A stretch of DNA of 64,000 nucleotides from the human T2T-CHM13v2.0 reference genome, Homo sapiens: NCBI RefSeq assembly GCF_009914755.1, contig NC_060927.1. One strand, written 5' to 3'. Under the pieces are notes generated by a model. The model saw only the letters and a list, made by a program, of their open reading frames with translations, was not told the origin of the DNA and made no database searches. Below are positions 1-15,860 of the stretch, in pieces (position 1 is the first letter of the stretch; each line of letters starts with the position of its first letter). A program made the translations under genes and the position numbers.

Positions 1-51
1 AGCATACCTGGGGAGGGTGATGCCAGGGGCTGGCGCTTGCCCCAGGCACCC

Positions 52-1492
52 TCAGTCCTGCTGCTGGATCATCTGGTTAGTGGCTTCTGACTCAGAGGAC
101 CTTCATCCCCTGGGGCAGTGGGCCTTCCAGTGATACCCTTGAAATAAGGGGCATGGATGAGGGGGTGGCTTATTTCTATTCGGACAATCTTTTTTAAAGT
201 GTCCTTGTAGACCGCACTGGAATCAAATCCCTATTAGGCATTCGATTTGCCCAGCCTTTCACTTTTCCAGAGCCTCCAAAGTCCACTTGCCTGAAGGCCG
301 TGACTAAAGCGGTGGCCTTCTTTTTATCCCGTTTGTCCAGTTCTGCCTGCTCCTTCTGATCTCTATTATAAAAACTGAGGCCAAGTTCTTAGTTTAAGTT
401 TTGTTCCAGGCCTAAGGCGGATTTTGAAGTTTTTTTCTAATGTCTGCAGCTGAGTGATAAACTTACCCTTTAAGATTAGTTGGCCTTCAATAGATCCAGA
501 TGACAGAGAGGTATGCTTCCTCAATGCCTCCCTTAGTCTCTCCAGAAAGGCAGTAGGATTTTCTTCCTTTCCCTGTGTTATAGTGGGCATCATTGAATAA
601 TTCATAGGCTTCTTCCTAGTTTTTCTTAGTCCTTCTAGCATGCAAGTTAGCAAATGTCTGCGGCACCAATCTCCACATTCTGATTCTACGTCCCATTGAG
701 GGTCTACACTGGGAACTGCCTGCTGGCCTGTGGGGAATCGTTCTCTTTCCTCTGTTGTCATCCTATCATTGACCTGACTGAGATACCAGAGATTGCCAAA
801 CTCTTGGGCTGCAGTTATAGCGGCACTTCTCTCATTTGGGGTTAGTATCTGATCTAGCAGTAACATTATGTCTCTCCATGTCAGATCAAAGGATTGTCCT
901 AACCCTTGTAAAACATCAATATAGCCATCAGGGTTATTTGAGAATTTACCTAGGTCTATTTTAATTTGCTTCAAGTCTGAGAGGGAAAAAAGGTACACAC
1001 ACTCTGGGCTGAATTCTCCTCCTCCCACCACTTCAAGGGGGCATAATCTGGGAATATTGGCACTCTTTGGTTCATTGTTTACCCCTTTCTCTATCTCCTT
1101 TGGCACCGTTTGTGTTGAAGGGGGGTCATTATTAGTTGGGGAAGGAGCCGGGGGAACGCCGGGGCAGGGGGGTAGATTCTGAGGGCTTCCTGTAGGGCAT
1201 AAATCACACTTTTAACATAATTGTGAGTTGTCTCTTAATGAAAAGAAAGTTTGCACATATGGCACTTCGCTCCATTTGCCCTATTTTCTACAAAAGAAGT
1301 CTAGCTGTAAGATGGTGTTATAATTTATACTTCCCTTGGAGGGCAGGTTTCTCCCTCTTGAAGAGGATATTGTGGCCAGGGGTACTGCAGAAGAATATAA
1401 GTCGTTTCTTTCTTAGCATCTGAGGGTCAAATTGGTCCTAATTCTCTAGAATACATCTTAGGGGCGTTTTTGCCTGGGAGGGGGGGACGTTT
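52..1492 (-). pseudogene. HERV-W gag pseudogene (MA-CA-NC), multiply disrupted
   Basis: ORF 366..1106 encodes capsid (FSLSDLKQIKIDLGKFSNNPDGYIDVLQGLGQSFDLTWRD; MHR-like ITQGKEENPTAFLERLREALRKHT). Downstream zinc knuckles read *FQCGLQGHFKKDC (first Cys codon is TGA) and CPLFQGYHWKAHC. Terminal QQQD-TGA at 52-54. Frameshifts present and start codon missing. Confidence 0.92.
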
Positions 1493-3816
1493 AAAAAGAA
1501 CATAGGGATGCCAGCACCCCTAGTCATTTTCTGATGAGCATTAGTCCTAGAGCGTCCTCTGTGGTCCTAATGCTTATTCCTTTTCAGGGTGCGTAACCAC
1601 CCACGGACCTCTGCTTATCAGATTAGTTACACTCACCGATGTAGCAGTCCTGCACCTGTTTTCCTGCCCTTCTTGACCACAAAGAAAGGGGTCTGGGCTG
1701 CTGGATTCTAGTGGTCCTTTACCAGCGTGCCTGACATTGCCTTTGCACTCAGGAGTGAGTTCTAGAGCTGGGCTGGGTTTCTGAGTATTTCATAACAACC
1801 CAGTTGCCCCATCAAGATGCATTTTCATAAACAACAGTTCTTATGCAAATTCGTTTCAGAGAGGGTGTAGGTAACCTTTTGAGTCAGGATTGAGATAGAG
1901 TTTTTGCCCACTAGGGCCTTTGTCCTTTTCCTTTGTAGGAATATGCCTTAATTATCGAACTTAAGATTTTGTTGCCCTGGATTAAGTCCTTTTGGGTACG
2001 AAATATGAGAGATGGCTCCTGTTTATCCTATGTGCCTTTTTCCTATGAGAAGGAGAGCGAGGAGAAAAAGATGGGCTTGCTCTTTTTGTAAGTACTTTAA
2101 GGCTTGGCTGAGTGCAAACAGCTCGCAGTTTGTGCAGACCAATTATGAGGCAATTCTCCTAACTCTGCTTCCACAAGAGTTTCCTTATCAATTACTGAAT
2201 ACCCATTGTGGTTTTTTCCTCAATCGCCTGGGAGGAACCATCTATCGTCCTATCCTAAAGGAAGTTCCTCCTAGGTCTGGTTGGACCTTTGCATGGTAAT
2301 TAAGATTTAAATCCCCTGTTAGGAAATCTGCTGGGTTAAGGGAATTATCAGCGGTTGGTGTTAAATCACCTTTTTCTAACAGAATAGCCCCATACTTTAA
2401 GAATTTTGAGCTAGTAAGCTACCTTTTTTTTTTTTTTTTTGGTCTTAGGATTGTTCTGAACTGGTGAGGTGTGCTCACAATGAGGTTTCCTCTAAAGGTT
2501 ATTTTTCTACTTTATTCTGTTAGCAAAGCAGTTGCCACTACAGATTGAATGCATTTGGGCCATCCACGGGTTACTGGGTTCAGGATTTTTGATAGGAAGG
2601 CTATGGGTTGTCAGTGGTCTCAGTGTTTTCGGGCTACGCCCTTGTTTACACTGACAACAAGGTAGTATTGGAGTATTATAGGGTCGTGGAGAAGACCTTT
2701 AATTATCAATTATAGGTTCTAAATTTACCTTGGCTTTTAAAGGAATAGGGTACACTGTTTTTTCTTTACTACCTCTCTCTTTCCCTTTTTTCTTTCTTTC
2801 TCTCTTTGACTTTCTGCCTCTTCCTCTCTCTGTCTGTCTTTTTTTAGATGGATTTTGGAAACGCAGTGGAAGGACGTTCACTTGTTGCCCCAGTTTGCCA
2901 CTATAGGAACATGTGCCTCCCTTTAATTTACTCAAATTCGTTTTCATCCTGATCTATTATGTTGTTGTAGACTCAGTTCCAGTTGTTAAAATACTGGGTT
3001 ATCAGTTCTAAGGGCCTGGCCAAGGAGCCAAGGCTTGGAGATTGTATTGCAGGGGGTAGTAAACTGGGTAGAAATTAGGGGAGGAGAGCATCTTACACAA
3101 TGGGAGAGCGATCTTCCTAGCTATTTACAAACTTGGGGCCCTGGCAAGGGTGGTGGGGAATGGGTCCCACATAACAGCCCATGTTGACAGCTATATACCT
3201 AAATTGGGAGGGACACCAGGGGCAAGACTCCCTGGGTTCATAGCCTAGATATCTAAGGCCACAGCATAGAGCTTCCTTAGATCTCTTTGGAGATACAACT
3301 TGCTCTAATACTTGGGAGAGGAAATGAAAGTCTGAAGCATTAGTACCTAGGAGGCAGGGATTGGAGGAAGTAGATTCAGAGGTAAGGAGAATTTTTGGGG
3401 CTACACTTTCAAGAAAGTCATGGTCGGGACCCAGGAGGTATGGGTCAGAAGGAAAGGTAGGGGTGCACACGTGGGCAACTGTTGAGTAGAGACTTCTGGC
3501 TGCACCATGATCTCAACCAGCCAATGCCGGGAGTTCAGGACGACAGCTTTCTGCCTCTAGTCGGCCCTCGGCTTCCCCCCAGGAAATTGTGAAAGCGGAA
3601 GCTGGTTCCAGGCAGACCAACGCTCCTAACCCCAAAGGGTTGGGGGTTGTTAGAAAGCCTTTTCCCAGAAAGCCTCACAGCTGAGTCTTAAGTCCAGTGG
3701 CCATGCTAATCATTTTTAACTGGCTGACAGGTGCCCGGTATTTCCTCTGATTCTAAGGAAGGATAGGACAGGATAGCAAGCTAAAGTGGTTCAATATTAC
3801 TCACCACTTTGGAGAA

Positions 3817-3834
3817 TACCTGTACGGGCCAACA
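3817..3834 (-). other. Primer binding site, tRNA-Ile(AAT)-like
   Basis: Minus strand TGTTGGCCCGTACAGGTA lies 2 nt after the LTR end and matches TGGTGGCCCGTACGGGGA (complement of the tRNA-Ile 3' end, recalled from memory) at 15/18. Confidence 0.75.
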
Positions 3835-3836
3835 GC

Positions 3837-4341
3837 TGTTACCAGGCAGGTCTTTGTTCTTAGAGCTCCTGAGATGGTGGCAGGCTGCTCCCAAGATGGC
3901 GGCAAGCCTTTTGTTCTCTGACCTGGGGTTCTTGGCCTCACGGATTCCAAGGAATGGAAACTTGGGACATGCAGTGAGTGTTATAGCTCTATTAGAAGCC
4001 GTCGGTCACGGAAGAGAACCCTGGAACCCAGCGACTAGTGTTTAGCTCGATTAGGATGAACCCAGGCACTTAGCCATGCAGGGACAATGGCGAGCCTCTA
4101 GCCTGATTGGGAGTGGCAATGGGCACCTCGCTGGATCAGAAGCATAGCAGCCACCCTGCCCAATCCGGAGGTGTGGAAGCCAATGGTGGGTCAGCGACGT
4201 TGGCTTTCAGCAGTGGTGGACAGTGAGTGAAAGCTCAGCTCGAGCCGGAACAAACATGGAACAGAAGAGTGTGCAGTTGCAAGATTTAATAGAGTGAAAA
4301 CAGAGCTCCCATACAAAGGAGGGGACCCAAAGGGGGTTGCC
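3837..4341 (-). mobile_element. 5' LTR17 truncated to R-U5 (no U3)
   Basis: Begins at the R region with ATTAAA (4285-4290 on minus strand) and ends with TAACA. Sequence right of 4341 is AT-rich unique DNA, not U3. Confidence 0.9.
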
Positions 4342-4807
4342 TGCAAAACTGTCTTAAAAAAAAAGTTTAAATAGTTACAAATAACTCAATTACTGGCCTA
4401 GTTTAAATATTACTATTTTAAAATAAAAATCATTATCTTAGACATAACCCATGGAATTTACATTCTATGGCAATTTGATTTTACGTTGTATATTTGAAAG
4501 CCACATGGATGAACTCAGTTAGAAATTGTACATCATTTCTTTTTCTCCTTGAATGAACGTTTCATTCTGCTTTCTCCATGTAACTTTTATTTCAATGTTA
4601 TGCTTGATGGTGAGTTACTGATCATGCTTTTCTACTTTTCATCATCAGAAATATGCAAATAAATGGATTTTTCAAAGTTCCTGGGATCATAGGATATAAA
4701 GTTTTAATCTGTTTCTCTTGAACTGAGTTATTATCACAGTTAGTAGTACATGTCAAACAAAACATAGGTATACTATAAAATTTGATAGTTATTTGATGTA
4801 GAGGTAG

Positions 4808-5114
<307 letters not shown>

Positions 5115-5139
5115 GTAAGTATACATTTCTTACTGTGAT

Positions 5140-5855
<716 letters not shown>

Positions 5856-6089
5856 TGGTTGACGCTTGCTGATGCTTTTCAGTTAGTTTAAATATCTACC
5901 CTTGAATATTACTTGTTGCTAGAATGACTCAGGACTCAACATCAGTTCTATATTTATTCTTTGTTTTCCACACACTGAAAAATCATGTTTACAATAAGTA
6001 AGTAGACGGGAATTGAAAGAGTTTTATATAGCAGTGTCACTTAAGTCTTGGAAGTTCTTCCAAATTTTATACCAGAAATAACATTGTGA

Positions 6090-7125
6090 TAGGCGAGTGA
6101 GGTCAGCAAGATGGCTTACACTAGAGTTGCCTGGCTCTTGTTCCTCCCCTACTTCCCGCCCCCAAAAAGGAAGCAAAACAATAAATAACCAACTATATTT
6201 TGTCTAGAGTGGTTGAGGAAGCGCATGTGAGAGCACCAGGAGAAGAGCGAAACTCTTGCAGAGCATGGGAGCCCAGGATAGGGCCATAGGGTGGGGAGTG
6301 AGGCATCTGCCTCTGCACACTGTCTCCCCTGCCAGGATCAGATGGGAGCCAGGGAGGACTTCTTCCAGGGAAAAGGTAAGCTGAAGACCCTTGGCGTCCC
6401 CATCACCACCACAGATGCCAGAAGTCATTGCTACAGGAGTGTCCCCCAACTGCCCCTGTCCTCACGGGGCAGAGTTCAATGTTAACAGTTGCCAGGAGTC
6501 TGCATGGCTACATTATCCCAAAGCAGGAACCCCCTTGACATCCCCAATCCCCGTGACCTTAACGGCTAGCATGGGGCCATCTTGAAACGGGACCCCTATC
6601 TGTAGTGCGGCATACCTGGGGGCCAGTAGCCGCAAAACCCTCCATCCCTGAGGTCCTGCCGTAATTCCACTAAATTTACATGGGTACCTGCAGCACCAAA
6701 ACCCTGGATGCCCAGAGTGTAGGTCCAAAGGAATGACTGGGATCCTAAGCCCAAACCCACAAGGCACACTATCACCCAGGGACACTGGCTGACCTACACC
6801 GCAGGGAGGCCCCTGCAGCCACTGGGCCCCAAGCACCCACTCTAGGATTGACAGCTGGCCTGGAGTTGGCCCTGAACCACCAGAGAGCATCTGTCACAGG
6901 CACTCACCTAGTCTCCTTGCCCGTGGCAGCTAGCCAGCCCACTTCCTCAGTCACAACAGTTGAAATATCCAGACAGAAAGTCAACAAAGAAATATTGGGC
7001 TGAAACTACACCGTATACAAAAAGGACCTAACAGACATTTATAGAATATTTCATTCAACAGCTGCAGAATACACGTTCCTAACCACACATGGACCATTCT
7101 CCAGGACAGATCATCACATTAGGAA
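6090..7125 (+). mobile_element. Old L1 fragment: GC-rich 5' region joined to a short ORF2 endonuclease segment (~6965-7125)
   Basis: CAAGATGGC start motif; CCAGACAGAAAGTCAACAAAGAAA...GACCTAACAGACATTTATAGAATATTTCATTCAACAGCTGCAGAATACAC is typical L1 EN sequence. Confidence 0.6.
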
Positions 7126-7865
7126 GTAAGAAGTGTTCTCTGCTGAGCTAATCTCTTCAGTGAAACTCTCCCTGACTTAATACATATTTTATTCCATTAT
7201 TTGATTCCCTTATCTTGCTTTATAGATCTCCATTTCAATGATCTCCACCAGAAATGTTATTGGGAATGCATTCATTCGTTGAGTGATTATTTCCACCTTT
7301 AGATGAATGGTAAGCTCTGGAAAGGAGTAAACTCTGTGGTTACTCCTGTTCTAGGCATCTTCTCTTGAGGTTTGAAATTAGGACACCAAAAGTTTGGTGA
7401 CCTATAGGTGAACCGTGGCAATGGTAGAGGATTCATGCCCTAATTCTTACCCTTCTGAAACATGTCCAAATTTTTGTGCATCCTTACCCAACTCACCGCA
7501 TATTTTACTTGTGCTAGGTTGAATGCTTGTGGATTCCTCAACACCAGGCAAAGTCCTTTTAAGAAAAGTTCTTAGCATAGTTTCCCTTTTATCTGCCTAT
7601 CCAATGAAAGAGGCAAGCAGGTAGAAGCTCAGAAAGACAACGTTTGCCTCAGTTTACAGGCAATTTAGTCAGTGCTGCCTGACTGGTTTTTCAAATGAAT
7701 GATACAGTCAAGAGCTTACTTAGCTTATTAAATGACAAAAATAATAATAATAATTACAAAGGCAGTATATAGAGAGTTGAAGAAAACATTTATTCAGTGC
7801 CTACTCTGGAATGGGCATGGTATCGTAAATGTTTATATGTATCATATATATTTAAATATTTTTTA

Positions 7866-8156
7866 AGCCGGGCACAGTGGCTCATGCTTGTAATTCAAGG
7901 CTTTGGGAGGCCAAGACAGGAAGATCACTTGAGGCCAGGAGTTCAAGATCAGCCTCGGCAACATAACAATACCCCTGTCTGTACAAAAAAATTAAAAAAT
8001 TAGCCAGGTGTGGTGGTGTGTGCTTGTAGTCCCAGCTACTCAGGGAGGCTGAGGTTGGAGGATTGCTTGAGCCCACAAGTTTGAGGCTACAGTGAGCTGA
8101 GCTCACACCACTGTACTCCAGCCTGGGTGACAGAGAATGACCTTGTCTCAAAAAAA
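7866..8156 (+). mobile_element. Alu (J/S-like)
   Basis: Dimeric Alu consensus. Confidence 0.9.
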
Positions 8157-8167
8157 TATATATATAT

Positions 8168-8266
8168 TCATGTTAAATTTTATTAAAATATATGTATGCA
8201 TACAAAATATAGGTACTTTGCATGCATATATTTTGTATGCATATATTTTAATAAAATTTAACATGA
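8168..8266. repeat. AT-rich inverted repeat (~40 bp arms, 15 nt spacer)
   Basis: Arm 8168-8211 is the reverse complement of arm 8227-8266 apart from one 4-nt indel. Confidence 0.9.
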
Positions 8267-8670
8267 CACATGAAATTATTACTAAAATTTAATATTTTAA
8301 ACAATCACTTTAAATTCCCCAAGTACTAATCACTGAGAATCGAGAATGTCAGACCCTGAAGGTTGCTGAAATCTAATCCAAACCAGTCATTTGACACATG
8401 AAAAGAAAGTGAGGCTCTCCTGATGGGGCACTGGAAAGAAAATATTAAGACTAATTTTCCCTTACACGTGGCCAGGTTTCAATGAATCACAGAAAAATCT
8501 TAATTTACCTTCATTTGGCATGGTAGGCACCTCCAGGTTAGGACTTAAGATAGTGCGGGCCACACTTCAGAATCTCACATAAATAGACATGGTTAAGAAT
8601 CATCTTTTTGTGCTAATACTTAGAATCCCCAGGAAAAACTCTGAATTCATCTCTTAGAAATCAGACTTTA

Positions 8671-8976
<306 letters not shown>

Positions 8977-9020
8977 CTATATGGTCACACATAAATAGAA
9001 AAATTTTAATATTGTTCCTA

Positions 9021-9389
<369 letters not shown>

Positions 9390-9763
9390 TTAAAAATCAA
9401 CTTTAATTAGAGTCAGTGTTAAACAGCAAATGGGTATTCTTAGAAGATTATCCTAAATGAAATCTAAGTAGTCAGGGACAGAAAGGTTCAGAATATCTGA
9501 ACCCTTTCCAGATCTAACCCACACTGCAGAATATTCCATTCCAAGTTCTCAGAAAGTGGTAAGATATAGAATGCTAAATGTGCGTGTTTATTAAAAGAAA
9601 ATTATCCCAGTTTCAAAGTACATATTTAATGGAATATTTAATGTGACAAGAGAGTCTGGATTAGAAAATCATTTAAGTTTGAGACATAGAACGCAAAGGC
9701 ATGGAATCAAACAACTTAGATTTTGCCATATTATAGAAAGCCAGCATATTTTTAAGATATTTA

Positions 9764-10078
<315 letters not shown>

Positions 10079-10083
10079 CATAA

Positions 10084-10511
<428 letters not shown>

Positions 10512-11719
10512 TTGAAGTTTTGTTTTTTTATAAAGGTAAGAGTGATGTTTGATTATATGTTTCTATTGAAGGATTTTTTCCCTCAGTGAATCAATGCTGG
10601 ACTAACATTAAAGACTAAATAATGAAAAATGACAAATGAAAATAGTTTCTAAAACGGATTTTTAAAATCTACAGAAGGATCTGTGATAAAGAGAGAAGCC
10701 AGGATAACAGCACTCAAATAAGTAAGAGAAAAGGAGTTAAGAAAAATAAACAAACAATAAAAGTGGGCAGGAATCTGAAACAGAAAAACTGAAGACTAAC
10801 AAAATAGGCAATAATCATTTAGTGAAAGATAACGACTCACTATATAAGCTTAATTTCCAAAGGGATTGATTTGGTATTAGGTGCTTCAAAAAAATGATAT
10901 ATATATATATAATATATGTGTCATAATATACATATATGTCAATTATATACAATGCATACATATGTTACATAAAACATGTACTTCTCTAAAACAGCAGGTC
11001 TTTGAACACAGATATGAGCTGAGATGATTAGAAAGAGTAGATTGCTTAAGAGGAAAAGCACAATGCAGTGTAAATACAGCTCAGAAGAAGCCTGGATGGA
11101 TTTATTATCATCCATTGGCCTCTGAACTTGATTAAAAATTGAGGAAACAGTCTCCCTAAAATCCATGTACACTCTCACTCTCTAAACTTTGACAGTTTTT
11201 TTTTTGCACGAGCAACGCAGCACTGCCACTTTGGCATTACTCTGACATGGCACTTTTCATGTTGCAATATTTTAGAGTCTGTTAGAGCTTAGAGAAGATG
11301 ACAAGGTCACATTTTGGATGTGTGATGGGATAAAGGTGATCATAAAAGTCAAGTATGAGTGGAAATGTCTCAGCTTTATATGCTATATGAAAATAAGGCC
11401 AGTAACTCCGATGTTACTGTCAAGTGTTAGGTTTGCTTTCTTCTCTTAAGAACTTCATAGCCAGTGATTTCATGGTGTTCAACATACAGTGATAGGCTCA
11501 GACTCAGCAGTGATGGACACTTTCTCAGGCCCACTAATCCTTAACTGAAGACGATACAAATGGGACTGTAAGCCTGTTCATGAGCATTCAAGCGAATTAT
11601 TTTCTCAACGAAAAAAAATACATCAGGCTCATCCAGCCAGGGCCCAGAGGGAAGGTGGTAGACGAACATATATTAAACATAATTCATCTGATAATTGCTT
11701 TGATGATCTCATCTAACTA

Positions 11720-12844
<1,125 letters not shown>

Positions 12845-14649
12845 TATTAAAATATCTTGAGATGTGTGTGCTATAATGTTTATTTTGCAGATTACAATGA
12901 TAAAAGTACTTTTATCAGCAAGAATAGGTAGATAAATTCACACAGCACTTTGGCTGGAAGACATAGGAAGCTATATAGCTAAGGCTGATCAAGAGGAAGC
13001 ACCTTGATCAGATCTGCAATTCCAGGAACAACTCTTTGTCTTCTTCATTGGAGAGCCCAGTTGGCATCTTTTCCAACATTTCCTCTTGCCTGAAATATAT
13101 GAATACTCATCTAACCGACCTCTGCTGCTAGGACTGTGGCTCAGGAGTCAGAGTCTATCTGTGTGTGGTCAGGAGCAGCTGAACTCTGGGTTATAACTTT
13201 GGGAACCTCTGACCTCATCTCTTTCCAGAGCTGTGATTATTATGTCATCTGCAGCAGTAATGACAGTGGCTAAAGGGACATCATGCTAATTCTCTAAAAA
13301 CATTTCATCCAAGGTATTAATTATTGTAAACAACTACTAGTGGTTAATGAAAATATCCAAAGAGACTGTCAAAAGTAATTAGAGGAGAAACTTTCCAGCA
13401 ATTTCCAGAGGGATGGGAAGCAGATATCCTCAGATGCAATAAATGAGTGTAGAGAATTGAATTCTACTTTCCAGATGGAATTATGGTTCCTTTGAGGGAT
13501 AAATTTCCCTGAATGTGTGATTCTACATACTTCCTCACAAATCTTAAATACCCAGACATTTATGATAGAAACAGTGAAATAGAAACAAAAGAAAGAGTGG
13601 AACTTCCCGGTGAAGATTCTTACTAACAAAAGAAAATTAGATATGTATTTTAAAAAGAGTAGAACTGCCAAGGAGATATAAATACATAAGGACCATTTTT
13701 TTCTCCCACCAATGCCATCTTAACAAAGAGGAAATGCTGATTTTGTCCAAAACTATTAAGAGAGACTTTAATATAACACTATAGGAGTAACTCCTGAATT
13801 AAGCATGAAGGAAGTTTTTGAGGGATTGATGGCTATAGTAGCCTCATTGAAACTGTGGTTTTGAAGAAGTCTAGGAAGTGGAGGCAAACATTGTTATATA
13901 AGAAACTCTATTAAATCTTTTAAAAGTGGAAAGAGGATTTGTAGCATTTATCATATCCTCTGGTACACATACATCATACCATGTCACCCAGAGAACTTTC
14001 TACTTCCTATCCATGAGATTCAATTAGCATGATGTTCTCAGTATAGTAAAATGTCAAAATGATCAGGATCCCTTCAGATACATTGTGACATAGTACAGAA
14101 AATTTGCCATCATCTCTGGAGAGAAACATGAATTGCTTTCTTATCTAGGTAAATGAAAATCGCTTTTGATCATCTTTGCTGATAAAGATGAAAAAGAACA
14201 CATTCTTCAGATAAATGGGCACATACCACTTGCCAGAGCCTGTTGATCTAGTCCTGTAAGGTTAACACAATATGCACAGCAGCTGCTTATGAAACAACCA
14301 CAGGGTTAGGGTTAGGGTAGTTGACTCTCATCTGCCCTGATCCATCTTGTTTTTGCAGTAGCCATTCTTGGGCTATGATGGGTCCTATATCCCCTTTATC
14401 TTCATGGCTGCAATTTTACCTGAGTGAAGTATGACTCTGCTTTACACTATTTTAATCAGTCAAGGCAGTTTTGGGAATAATCACTTACTTCTACTTACTG
14501 TAATGGATTTTACTTTATGGGTCATACAACAAGTATGTGTGCTCTGCCAGCTGCCAGGTACATCCATCATAATTTTATAATTATAGACCAGGGAGCTGAC
14601 AATAGGGTAAGTTTGCAGAACCACTGGATCCAACAGAAGATGGACTTGG

Positions 14650-15030
<381 letters not shown>

Positions 15031-15419
15031 TCATTATCTATATCCAATAGTCCTCAATAAATCTAGGCATATTCCCTTCCCTAGTGTTTATTACTCAGGT
15101 CCATGGCCAGAGGTCCTACTGCAAACACTAGGTAGATATAAGTTTTCTATACTTACAGAGGTTCTGTTGCTTTCATTCTCAATGACACCCAGGTCCCCAT
15201 TCAAACAATGGGCCCTATGTGCAAGAACTAGTTCAGATATCAAAATTGTGGGAGGGGTCATAACTTTCTGTTTGGTGGCTGACATGAATCTTCTGTATGC
15301 CTGATCTATGTCATTTCTGGTCATAGAAGCTGAGCAATATCATCACTGGCTGCCCATCCCATCTCATCCCTAGGAACAACAAGACCTATTTGCCTTTTGC
15401 CACAAATCTTTGTGGATCA

Positions 15420-15860
15420 AGTCCCCCCAGTTTGCAAAGCCAGCCTTTACTTGGAAGATGGTCCTGAAAAACAAAAGTGAGGAAATGGGGAAATGAGACA
15501 AGGAAGGTAGAAAAGCCATCCAAGGTGGCATTAATGAGCTCACTCCCACTTGGTGAATCGCTGAGAAATGCTGTGAAACAAACTCGGAATCCTCCCAGTT
15601 GAGAATGTAAAGCTGCAACATTTGTCCATCAACTCCCATGCCCCAGTGTTTGACTTTTACCCCCACAGCCCTGGTCCCTGCCTGTGTTCAAACAAGTAAG
15701 CTCATGTGATACCACAGAAAGCCTCAGGCGGAGAAGAGATGCCCAGATGTGAGATATTATGGAGATGATAACACACAGGAAGCCGTCCTGCCCTACGGCT
15801 GCAGGAGAACTCAGATGGGCCAAGGGAGCACCAAGGGGTCACCAGCAGTGTCTGACACAC
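15420..15860 (-). mobile_element. Ancient ERVL-class LTR (LTR33/LTR16-like), possibly with adjacent decayed internal sequence at ~14300-15370
   Basis: GGGGAAATGAGACAAGGAAGGTAGAAAAGCC...TTAATGAGC resembles these LTRs; strongly diverged. Confidence 0.45.

Larger units (their letters stand above)
1..4341 (-). mobile_element. HERV-W (HERV17) element, 5' portion: R-U5 of LTR17, PBS, ~2 kb pre-gag leader, defective gag, start of pro; continues left beyond the window
   Basis: Minus strand starts GGCAACCCCCTTTGGGTCCCCTCC...GGGAGCTCTGTTTTCACTCTATTAAATCTTGCAACTG (LTR17 R region). The LTR ends ...GGTAACA at 3837, followed by the AAAGTG/GTGAGT donor, an AG-rich leader tract (~2760-2840) and HERV-W-type Gag. 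Confidence 0.95.

Noticed and set aside
366-1106. 246-aa ORF as a functional Gag
   Set aside because: It is a fragment between frameshifts and stops, without the authentic start or intact zinc knuckles.
12969-13011. Small palindromes AGCTATATAGCT and CTGATCAAG-N9-CTTGATCAG
   Set aside because: Short enough to occur by chance in 64 kb, with no supporting context.
13150-13270. VCG and GATTATTAT motifs suggesting a Kazal (SPINK-like) or Ig-like pseudo-exon
   Set aside because: No correct cysteine spacing, open frame or splice sites.
14302-14320. AGGGTTAGGGTTAGGG telomere-like repeat
   Set aside because: Under three units; too short for an interstitial telomere or a four-tract G-quadruplex.
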